NCBI GenBank assembly: GCA_036918135.1
Contig: JBALDB010000059.1
Span: 1 to 50,557 of the forward strand
From: Nostoc sp.
GTDB taxonomy: Bacteria; Cyanobacteriota; Cyanobacteriia; Cyanobacteriales; Nostocaceae
Length of the DNA stretch: 50,557 nt
Direction: 5' to 3'
Shown here in pieces: positions 31,276 through 39,979 of the stretch (the stretch's first letter is position 1; each line of letters starts with the position of its first letter). Under the pieces are notes generated by a model, which had not been told where the DNA came from, searched no databases, and saw only the letters and a program-made list of their open reading frames with translations. A program made the position numbers and the translations under genes.

Positions 31276-31988
31276 GGGGTGTCTGCGACATCTGGCTTCA
31301 AGGAGTAAGCATTCTCTTTGCTATTCCTGATTTCCAGTTCCTGCTCAATGACCAGCGCCATTAACTCCAGCACTTTGCTCTCCAGATACAGCCGCTTGTT
31401 TAAGCCCTGGTAGGGACACTGGAGCATCTGCCGTAAGGGAATTTGCATTGCAGAAGTAATCGTTCCAGCACGGGCATAATATTCCTGAGTTGTTTGTCGA
31501 ATTAGATGCTTTAGATTCAGTTGTAGTTCTCCGAATGGATCTCCAGTGAACGAGCAAAATAATTCTGGGTCGATTTCGATATCAACTACTTGACAGTAGT
31601 GTTTTACTGACCACTCAGCGATCTCTTGAGGTGCCGTCCCGCTGCCACAAAAAAAGTATTGTCCAGCAAAGTAGTGTCCAGCCCCTGCTGTCGTGAAACG
31701 TTCCTCATGAGTGCTTCGCAGTTTTCCTTCGCCTGAAAGGAAGAAGGTAAATTGTAAACCATGCTCTCGCTCTGTGACTCTGGCTATCAAATTATCGTGG
31801 AACTGGATGTTAGTAATTACGATTTCCAACCCTTCTCGTAGTTGGATGATTCGGCACAGCCCGTTACCTAGTCGGGAAGGATACTGCCAAAGCACATCTA
31901 ACGGATCGAATGGATCGAAAGGGCGCTTGGTATGTTCTGTCTCCAACAATTCTTCTAAATAAGAAGTTCCTGAAATGGTGAGGGTCAT
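31276..31988 (-). pseudogene. AraC-family regulator lacking its C-terminal HTH domain
   Basis: MTLTIS...CPYQGLNKRLYLESKVLEL...SLKPDVAD, then fused directly into receptor linker sequence. Confidence 0.8.
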
Positions 31989-32047
31989 GGTGAGAGTTGG
32001 GTTTACTTAGGTAGATTCTCAATCTCATCTGCTGCACGATTCGCTTA

Positions 32048-32066
32048 GATGAGAATAATTTCTATC
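32048..32066. promoter_or_regulatory. Putative Fur box
   Basis: GATGAGAATAATTTCTATC is a 19-bp AT-rich imperfect palindrome about 60 bp upstream of the AraC start, a typical position in iron-uptake cassettes. Confidence 0.5.
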
Positions 32067-32197
32067 TTTATAGAATCGCCTAACTGGAGTATCAAAGGCA
32101 AGGGCGAGTAACTCTATCAACCCATACAATCGGTACACTTGTTAAAAATTTATTGCTTTTGCAGATAGCACGCGGCAAAATATGCTCCAATGCAGAG

Positions 32198-32349
32198 GTC
32201 GGTTCTGATGGGGAGCAGCCATCAGACGCAAGGGGGAAAGTCCGGTGTAAATCCGGCACTGTCCCGCAACTGTGAAGAGGCTTTGGTCTCTAAGTCAGGA
32301 TGCCCGCCGATGCTTAACTTATTGTTCACATATCTGCGAGGTACGGATG
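32198..32349 (+). ncRNA. Cobalamin riboswitch 2
   Basis: AAGGGGGAAAGTCCGGTGTAAATCCGGCACTGTCCCGCAACTGTGA core; B12-box AAGTCAGGATGCCCGCC; the terminal hairpin contains the GAGG RBS and overlaps the btuF ATG. Confidence 0.93.
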
Positions 32350-33606
32350 ATGGCTATAGTTGCGCGGCTTTTTCGTAATGCCTGCGGCGGGCGCTTCCGC
32401 CATCGTAAGCCGGTTTTTCGTATTGCTGTAAGCGCGAGTCAATTCTTCTTAATTGCCACTTTAATCATTGCTTGCCATAGTACAGCAATCAACATTTCTA
32501 CAAATACTAATAATAGTTGTATTCAAGGGTACGAGAAAAATACTGATTACTTCCCCAAGAAAATTAAAATTACTCATGCTACAGGCTTGACAGTAGAATA
32601 TCATAAACACTACAAAGTAGTCACCATTAAAAATCCTTGGCAAAATGCGAAAACAACGTTTCAATATGCTTTAGTTCAATGTGGAACTCCCACACCAAAG
32701 GGATTTAATCGAGCACAAGTAATTACAGTTCCCGTGAATTCAATAGTTACTCTATCTACTACTCATTTACCGCACTTAGCCAAGTTAGGAGTAGTTGATA
32801 AACTTATTGGACTTAGCGATCCTAAGCAAGTGAATACGCCTGATGTGGTAGAAAGAATCAAAGCAGGTAAAGTGGCGCAAATAGGTAATAATGCTAATCT
32901 AAATATAGAGAAATTATTAGAATTAAATCCTGATTTGGTAACAACTTTTGGCACAGGTAATTCCCAAACTGATAGCTATGCCAAACTCACAGAGGCAGGT
33001 TTGAAAGTTGGGATCAATGCTGAATATATGGAAAATACGCCATTAGGAAGAAGTGAATGGTTGAAATTTACCGCTTTATTTTTTAATAAAGAAGAACAAG
33101 CAGAAAAGATATTTAAAGAAATCACTCGTAAATATGAACAAGTAGCTCAAAAAGTCAAATCTGTAAAAAATCGTCCTACAGTATTCGTCGGATTTAACTT
33201 TAAAGGTACTTGGTTTATGCCTGGTGGTAAAAGTTATGTAGCCAAATATCTTGGTGATGCGGGTGCAAACTATCTCTGGAGTGATGATAAATCTTCTGGT
33301 AGTCTACCTCTGTCTTTTGAAGTTGTTTTGGAACGTGCGGCAAACGCTGACTACTGGTTGAATTTTAGCCAATCTTGGCAGAGTTTACAAGATTTATTAG
33401 CTGAAGATAATCGCTATACTGATTTTAAAGCAGTGAAAACAGGCAATCTTTACAATAATAATGCTCGTGTCAATGAAAGTGGAGGGAATGATTATTGGGA
33501 AGGTGGTATTAATAATCCAGATATCGTTTTAGCGGACTTAATTAAGATATTCCATCCGGAAATATTATTCAATCATCAATTGTTTTATTACCGCAAACTT
33601 ATTTAA
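32347..33606 (+). CDS. btuF: Cobalamin ABC transporter substrate-binding lipoprotein
   Basis: LIIAC lipobox; VTLSTTH, EYMENTPLGRSEW, NDYWEGG and PDIVLADLIKIFHP motifs. Start reassigned to the ATG after the riboswitch RBS. Confidence 0.8.
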   Translation: MMAIVARLFRNACGGRFRHRKPVFRIAVSASQFFLIATLIIACHSTAINISTNTNNSCIQGYEKNTDYFPKKIKITHATGLTVEYHKHYKVVTIKNPWQNAKTTFQYALVQCGTPTPKGFNRAQVITVPVNSIVTLSTTHLPHLAKLGVVDKLIGLSDPKQVNTPDVVERIKAGKVAQIGNNANLNIEKLLELNPDLVTTFGTGNSQTDSYAKLTEAGLKVGINAEYMENTPLGRSEWLKFTALFFNKEEQAEKIFKEITRKYEQVAQKVKSVKNRPTVFVGFNFKGTWFMPGGKSYVAKYLGDAGANYLWSDDKSSGSLPLSFEVVLERAANADYWLNFSQSWQSLQDLLAEDNRYTDFKAVKTGNLYNNNARVNESGGNDYWEGGINNPDIVLADLIKIFHPEILFNHQLFYYRKLI

Positions 33607-33636
33607 ACATCGAACTCTCACTGATAATCTCCCTTC

Positions 33637-35496
33637 CGTCCTGGGCGATGCACTCAGAAATGTGCCCGGTGTGTCGCAAGGAGGTCAGCCATTCTCACGC
33701 TCAGTTTTGACTGCACCAACAATTCGTGGCTTTGACTCTAGAGCCAATGTTTTGACAGATGGATTGCAAAATAGCACATATTATTTTACTACCATCTTTG
33801 ATCCTGCTGGCATCGAACAGATTGAAGTCCTCAAGGGACCTGCCTCCGTTCTCTACGGTCAAGGTTCTCTGGGAGGAGTCGTCAATATCATTACTAAAAA
33901 ACCTCTGAGTGACCCTTTTTACAACGTGGAAGCTACGGCTGGAAGCTTTAATTTCTATCGTGGTGCTGTTGACTTTTCGGGTCCGCTGAATAGTAGTAAG
34001 ACTGTGTTGTATCGCTTAAACGCTGCGACTCAGACGACCGAAAGTTTTGTTGATTCCTTCAATGGAGAGCAATATTTTGTTGCACCTGCGCTTTCCTGGC
34101 AAATCAGCGATCGCACCAAGCTAACTCTACAAGCGCAGTATTTTAAGCAACGTCTAGATTTTGGTCAACAGGGACTCCCCCTCGTGGGTACCGTCCTGCC
34201 AAACCCTAACGGCAAAATTCCTCGCGCTACTATGGTGAAGATTTTTCTGAAAGGCGTCTAGAGGTATTTCAAGTTGGCTATAATCTCGAGCATCACTTTA
34301 GCGACAACTGGCAGCTACATAATGCATTCAAAGGTACATGGGCTCCTTTAAGGGATAACTTCACCGCCAACCTCGATCTAGCTAGCGATAACCGCACCCT
34401 TGACCGAGGATACTTTAAAGGTGGTGATAACGAGCGAGGTTTCAACGTTGACACGTATCTAGTCGGTAAATTTGCTACAGGTAGTATTAAACATCAACTC
34501 GTCACTGGGTTTAATTACATCAGGTATGATGCCGAACAGTTACCTAGGTTTTTCGCGCCAGCGGCTGCAATTGATCTGTTCAATCCTGTGTATGGTCAAC
34601 CACTCCAAGGTATTCCCACTCAGGTAGGCGCAGCAAAATTTCATAGCAATGCTTTTGGCATTTATATCCAGGATCAAATTGCGCTGTTTGATAATCTCAA
34701 ATTGCTGTTAGGCGGACGCTTTGATATTGCAAACCAGACAAAAAATGCAATTTTTCCTTTACCTGCAAGCACTGAGTCTAAACAACAGGAAGTATTTAGC
34801 CCCAGAGTCGGTGTCGTTTATCAACCGATTCGGGCTATTTCACTCTACGCCAGCTATAGTCAATCATTTGTACCATCTCAAGCCTTCAATAGTGACATAA
34901 TTCCTCTACCGGAACGTGGTCGGCAGTACGAAGTTGGAATCAAGGCAGATTTGAGCGATAGACTCTCTGCAACCCTAGCGTTTTATGACCTCACTCGCAC
35001 CAATGTATCAACCGACGATCCGAACAGACCAGGATTTTCGATTCAAGTCGGCGAACAGCAAAGCCAAGGCATTGAATTGAATCTAGCTGGTGAAATTTTA
35101 CCTGGATGGAATATTATTGCTGGTTATGCCTATACCGATGCTCAAATCACCAAAGACAACACCTTTGCGGTTGGTAATTTCTTGAATAATGTCCCTAAAC
35201 ACAGCTTTAACGTATGGACAACTTATGAAATTCAATCGGGTAGCTTAAAGGGATTTGGCGTGGGTGGCGGGGTGTTTTACACAGGTGACAGGCAGGGAGA
35301 TCTAGAGAATACATTTGAATTGCCTGGTTATTTCCGTACCGATGCTGCCATCTTCTACAAGCAAGATAGGTTCCGAGCAGCGATTAATTTCAAGAATTTG
35401 TTTAATGTTGATTATTTTGAGTCGGCTGCAAACAGTCTAAACGTTTACTATGGCGATCCATTCACGGTGCAGGGAACGATTTCTTGGGAGTTTTAA
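33637..35496 (+). pseudogene. TonB-dependent siderophore receptor, 5'-truncated with one frameshift
   Basis: Begins LGDALRNVPGV with no signal peptide or TonB box. Frameshift at about 34225 (GKIPR / YYGEDF), then open through QVGYNLEHHFSDNW to TISWEF*. Confidence 0.85.
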
Positions 35497-35591
35497 TCCC
35501 CCATTATCCTCCTGTGTCCTTTCTAAGTATATAGCTCATCGATTATTTAAGTCCGTTTCCCAATTAGAAGCATTATTAAATTGCTTATGAT

Positions 35592-36135
35592 GACCGTAGT
35601 CTGTTGTATCAACTAAATTTTTTGTGAAACTTTTCGAGGCTTTGACCAAAACTTTGAGGAATTCGTCGTTGCAGTCGTTTTGGCTTGGAAATTAGGTGAG
35701 AATAAAACTTTCGCCTTTGATGCCCAGTATTCCAACGGTAGACGACCATATAATAATGGTTTATTAGCTTTTGGTAATGGAGCGATCGAGAAAGGCAGCT
35801 ATGCTGTTCTTGCTGGAGGCTCAGTTAGGAATCCTGGCTTTGCGTTGGTGCCCGTGACAATCATGGAACTTCAGTTTAAAACCCCGCCGTTCATATGGCG
35901 CTTGCAATTGGGAGGAGTTTGAATCTTCAACAAATTGTTTCCTTCTGCTCTCTGCCCGCTTGTTGAGCGCAGTCGAAACACTGCCTCCTACCTTGTTCAA
36001 TGATGTTCCTCGCGATCGCATCGTTGATGAACCAGACGACTATATTGAGCGGATATTTTTTAGTACTGCATACTCATTAGAGCATCGTTTGAGTGATAAC
36101 TGGACATTGCACAACGGACTTCGCTACGCCACAAG
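35592..36135 (+). pseudogene. Degraded internal fragment of another TonB-dependent receptor, interrupted by an insertion of about 210 bp
   Basis: DRSLLYQLN..FRGFDQNF..LAWKLG...GLLAFGNGAI, then an insert at about 35789-36001, then DVPRDRIVDEPDD...YSLEHRLSDNWTLHNGLRY. Confidence 0.7.
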
Positions 36136-36211
36136 TAGGATCTATATAGAAAAACCACAGTAATATGTTATTTAGGAATATTCAAGTTTTTAAGATGGAT
36201 GATATTTACTA

Positions 36212-37300
36212 ATGTTATGCAAAAAATATCAATTGCAACCCTCATTCATAAACCAAAAAGCATCAGTTTTCAAAGTGATTATCTTTTCATTTTTACTAAC
36301 AGGTCTACTATTTACATTTTTATTGGATTTAACTTTAGGTTCAGTTGATATTCCTATCAACGAAGTAATGAAAATTTTGCTTGTACAAGAATCAGAAAAA
36401 GCAACATGGGCTAATATTATTCTCAAATTTCGCCTACCTAAAGCCTTGACTGCAACTTTAGCGGGTGCAGCTTTAGGTGTGAGTGGCTTGCAAATGCAAA
36501 CTCTATTTAAAAATCCTTTAGCAGGGCCTTTTGTATTGGGTATTAGTTCTGGTGCAAGTTTAGGTGTAGCGTTAGTTGTGTTGACAGCAAGTGTGACAAC
36601 ACCAACATTATTAGCAGACCTGGGAATCATTGGTGACTTTGGTTTAGTCATAGCCGCAAGTTTCGGCGCAGCATTTGTTTTAGGGGTGATGTTAGTTGTT
36701 TCTCGCCGGGTGCAAGACACAATGACGCTGCTGATTTTAGGCTTATTGTTTGGCTATGCTACTAGTGCAATTGTGAGTATTTTGTTGCAATTTAGCTCAA
36801 AAGAACGCATTCAAAGTTATATCATGTGGACTTTTGGTAGTTTTGCTGGCGTGACTTGGAGACAGTTAGTTGTTTTAATTCCAGTGATAGTTTTGAGTTT
36901 ATTGGTAGCATTGTTGCAATCAAAATCTCTGAATGCTCTTTTACTGGGTGAATCTTATGCACGTAGTTTAGGTTTAACGGTGCAGAAAGCTAGGTTTTCT
37001 ATTATTTCTATTGCGTCTATATTAGCAGGTGCAATTACTGCTTTTTGTGGGCCTATAGCGTTTCTAGGTGTGGCAATTCCCCATTTGTGTCGCAGTCTTT
37101 TTAATACTTCTGACCATCGGATGTTAATCCCTAGTGTAATAATTATGGGTGCAATCTTAGCATTAATTGCAGATTTGTTTTCTCAACTTTGGGTAAGTCA
37201 GATGGTTTTACCTTTGAACGCAATTACTGCTTTAATTGGTACTCCTGTTGTTACTTGGGTAATTCTGCGGCGTAATTCCCGAAAATCTTTTCCGTCATGA
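36212..37300 (+). CDS. btuC: FecCD/BtuC-family ABC permease
   Basis: FRLPKALTA, MQTLFKNPLAGP, GESYARSLG and GPIAFLG motifs; B12 context. Confidence 0.85.
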   Translation: MLCKKYQLQPSFINQKASVFKVIIFSFLLTGLLFTFLLDLTLGSVDIPINEVMKILLVQESEKATWANIILKFRLPKALTATLAGAALGVSGLQMQTLFKNPLAGPFVLGISSGASLGVALVVLTASVTTPTLLADLGIIGDFGLVIAASFGAAFVLGVMLVVSRRVQDTMTLLILGLLFGYATSAIVSILLQFSSKERIQSYIMWTFGSFAGVTWRQLVVLIPVIVLSLLVALLQSKSLNALLLGESYARSLGLTVQKARFSIISIASILAGAITAFCGPIAFLGVAIPHLCRSLFNTSDHRMLIPSVIIMGAILALIADLFSQLWVSQMVLPLNAITALIGTPVVTWVILRRNSRKSFPS

Positions 37301-37303
37301 GTG

Positions 37304-37399
37304 ATATCATGTCAGTTTAAAGACTTATCATTGAGACTGACGCGGGAACGTGGGGACGTGGAGAGATTTTAATCACAAGTCATTAGCTGGACATGATAT
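37304..37399. mobile_element. Short MITE-like element
   Basis: ATATCATGTC...GACATGATAT perfect 10-bp terminal inverted repeats. Confidence 0.6.
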
Positions 37400-37587
37400 G
37401 AACTAAGCTTTTAGAAACACAGAGATACGCGAACGTAAGCGCGTAGAGAAGTCTGTAGACGCTTCTGTTAGTGCAGGGTGTGGAGGCTTCCTCCGTACTC
37501 TAAGAGGTTTGCTGTAGGTATCAGAATTTCGGTAGGGTACGCAGAGTATTTACAAGGTTAATTGGTAATGAATTATTATTCTAATTA

Positions 37588-37695
37588 ATGAGTAATTCTA
37601 TTTTGACAACTCAAAACTTGACTATTGATTATAAAATATCCAGTAAAACTGTTCGGTGTGTTGCAAGTCTCAATGATTATTTTGGCAGAGCCTAG
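37588..37695 (+). pseudogene. 5' stub of the ABC transporter ATPase (btuD-like)
   Basis: MSNSILTTQNLTIDYKISSKTVRCVAS resembles FecE/BtuD N-termini. It then runs into unrelated sequence and stops before Walker A; located directly after the permease. Confidence 0.65.
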
Positions 37696-37921
37696 CTGTT
37701 TTTTATAAAGGTGAAAATTTTAGGCTGAAATCCCTACGGTAAAAGCATTTCAGCGATTTTTTACCAAAAGTAGATGTGTCAAAACTTTGAAAATGTTGTA
37801 GGATAAGCCTTTGAAGCGTTTTGTTCCACAAAAAACTTGACAAGCGATCGCTCAAACGCTACATCTATCGAACTCACGTTTTTTTACTTCTCAATTATGA
37901 CTCCCAAATTCTGATAATTGA

Positions 37922-38458
37922 TTATATTTGCCCCCGTTCTTGGAGATAATTTAAAACTTTTTCTACACATTGATTTACACTTTCTTTATCAGTTTTGAGA
38001 GTTATATCTGGGTTTAAAGGTGGTTCGTAAGGAGAGGAAATTCCAGTAAAATTAGGAATCTCTCCAGCTAAAGCTTTTTTATACAAACCTTTCACATCTC
38101 TTGTGATACAAACTTCTAGAGGAGTATCAACAAAAATTTCAATAAAATTGGGTATTTGAAGTTTGAGTTGTTCGCGGGCATCTTGATAAGGAGAAATTAA
38201 AGCCACAACTGTGTTGATGCTATACTTATTTAAAAGTCCACAAACAAAGCCAACTCTGGCAACATTCGTATTTCTATCCTCACGAGAAAAACCTAATCCT
38301 TTAGAAAGATTGGTGCGAATGACATCACCATCTAAATATTCACATGGAAGTGATAATTTCTCTAATGCTTTGGTTATTTCTATTCCTAAAGTAGACTTTC
38401 CTGCCCCAGATAATCCAGTTAACCAGCAAGTAAAACCTAGTGATTTAAAGTTTTTCAT
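37922..38458 (-). CDS. cysC: Adenylyl-sulfate (APS) kinase
   Basis: WLTGLSGAGKST, LDGDVIRTNLSKGLGFS, RDVKGLY and FTGISSPYEPP motifs. Confidence 0.96.
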   Translation of the reverse strand: MKNFKSLGFTCWLTGLSGAGKSTLGIEITKALEKLSLPCEYLDGDVIRTNLSKGLGFSREDRNTNVARVGFVCGLLNKYSINTVVALISPYQDAREQLKLQIPNFIEIFVDTPLEVCITRDVKGLYKKALAGEIPNFTGISSPYEPPLNPDITLKTDKESVNQCVEKVLNYLQERGQI

Positions 38459-38994
38459 GTTTTGCAAAGTATGTTCTTATTTAGGAAACTCCAAGAAATA
38501 AAAACAACTACTTGAAGTTGCTGACTGATGAACGCCAGTTGCTTCTCCTAACGGAGACGCTGCGCGAACAACGGGGGGAACCCCCGCAACGCACTGACTC
38601 CTGTTGAGTGTGAGCAGCTAAAAATATGCGCCTAACCCACCCAACAGTAATTTTATTTTTACTTTATAAATAACCTCTTACTAAAGTCTATTAATTAGAG
38701 TAAACGCTGATTTTAATAACCAGGTTAATAAAAATGCCTTTTACCTGACTCAGTGAATACTTTGTGTTAATATGTATATTTTTATATTTACTTTGCATAA
38801 TATTGATAATTCTTGGAATTGAATTAGCTAAACTTCATATTTTCATAGTAAAATTTATTTCTTAACTGTTAATCAAGAAATATGGCATTTGTCTTCATTA
38901 TTTCTTAAATGCAATTTCATTGATTATACCATTGTAGTAACACCATAAGAAACAGATATTAGAGAAGTAGTTACAAAATATATTTTGTCTAATC

Positions 38995-39159
38995 ATGAAT
39001 AAAAAATGGGCTGTTAAACGATTTACAATTAACCTGGCAGCGGAGGAGGCACAAAAGCTTGAGCAATACTGCTCAACTACAGGGAGACCAGCAACCGATG
39101 TAATTCGAGAGTTAATTCGCACTCTTTCTGTTAATGAGGAAAAACTTTCTCAAAAATAG
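38995..39159 (+). CDS. Small CopG/ribbon-helix-helix transcriptional regulator (54 aa, below the ORF-track cutoff)
   Basis: MNKKWAVKRFTINLAAEEAQKLEQYCSTTGRPATDVIRELIRTL: beta-strand followed by two helices. Confidence 0.8.
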   Translation: MNKKWAVKRFTINLAAEEAQKLEQYCSTTGRPATDVIRELIRTLSVNEEKLSQK

Positions 39160-39234
39160 AGCGTGTTTGTAGAGGCAGGCAATAGGCAATATGGAAAGAT
39201 TAATTGGCTCTTGCCAGTTGCTCTTGCCTATATA

Positions 39235-39597
39235 TCTAACTTTTCACGGCATTTAGAAAACCTCACTTCCATTCCTCTCCCTTCATAGGGGAGAGGCTTT
39301 GAATTTTCCCCCTTTCCTAGTAAGGAAGGGGCTAGTACCGCCGTGAAGTCAAAAGTCAAGGCTTCGGCTTCTCTACGAGACGCACTCGCGTTCGCTCAGC
39401 CTTGAAAGAGAGCGCAGTCGAAGGGTCAAAAGTATTATCGATTGGGCTTTTTAGGGATTTTAAATGGTGAACCAGCGCTGCTGGAGGGTTTCCCTCCGTA
39501 GGCGACTGGTTCACCCGAAGGGTTGCTCTATTTACGCCGTGACATGCTAGAGGGTTAGGTTTCGCGTTGGTTTTTCCACATGACGTGAAAAGTCAGA
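39235..39597. mobile_element. Composite nested MITE-like element
   Basis: Outer TIRs TCTAACTTTTCACGGCAT and ATGACGTGAAAAGTCAGA (16/18 complementary) flanked by TATA. Inner element at 39332-39550 is bounded by duplicated CTAG and contains AAGTCAA STRRs and small hairpin repeats. Confidence 0.75.
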
Positions 39598-39979
39598 TAT
39601 AGCAATTCTAAATAAGAAAGTGAAAATATCAGTGGTGGCTGTTGAGTGTCAACTGTTAACAGTCTACGGTCAACAGGCTGGGCAGTAAGATTTCAAAAAT
39701 TATCTAAGACTGCCACATGTATCTGTTTTCCTTCGTCAATATTGAGACTTTACTTACTCTCGCCAGCCAAAAACTGACGTAAAAATGTTATGTCCTTTGG
39801 TAAGTCCAATCACTTAAAAAAAGTTTTGGTGGAAATGCGCCGAGATATAAAATAAAACTTACTATCTCCATCTACAACTTAGTAAATGCGATCGCTCAAA
39901 ATCAAACTGAGTTAGATAAAGCCTATATTTGGGCAAAATATTGGAAATAAATAGCTGATTTCACAAGAGTCGATGGAAC

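Noticed and set aside
32190..32378. 62-aa ORF and the GTG-32272 extension of btuF
   Set aside because: Both overlap the riboswitch aptamer; the RBS and ATG at 32347 fit better.
34200..34261. Programmed frameshift in the receptor gene
   Set aside because: No slippery heptamer at the junction, and the gene also lacks its 5' end, so a simple indel is more likely.
35680..36163. 80-aa, 66-aa and 67-aa ORFs as independent genes
   Set aside because: They are pieces of one degraded receptor plus an inserted repeat-containing segment.
38898..39122. 74-aa minus-strand ORF
   Set aside because: Antisense to the more convincing RHH gene at 38995-39159.
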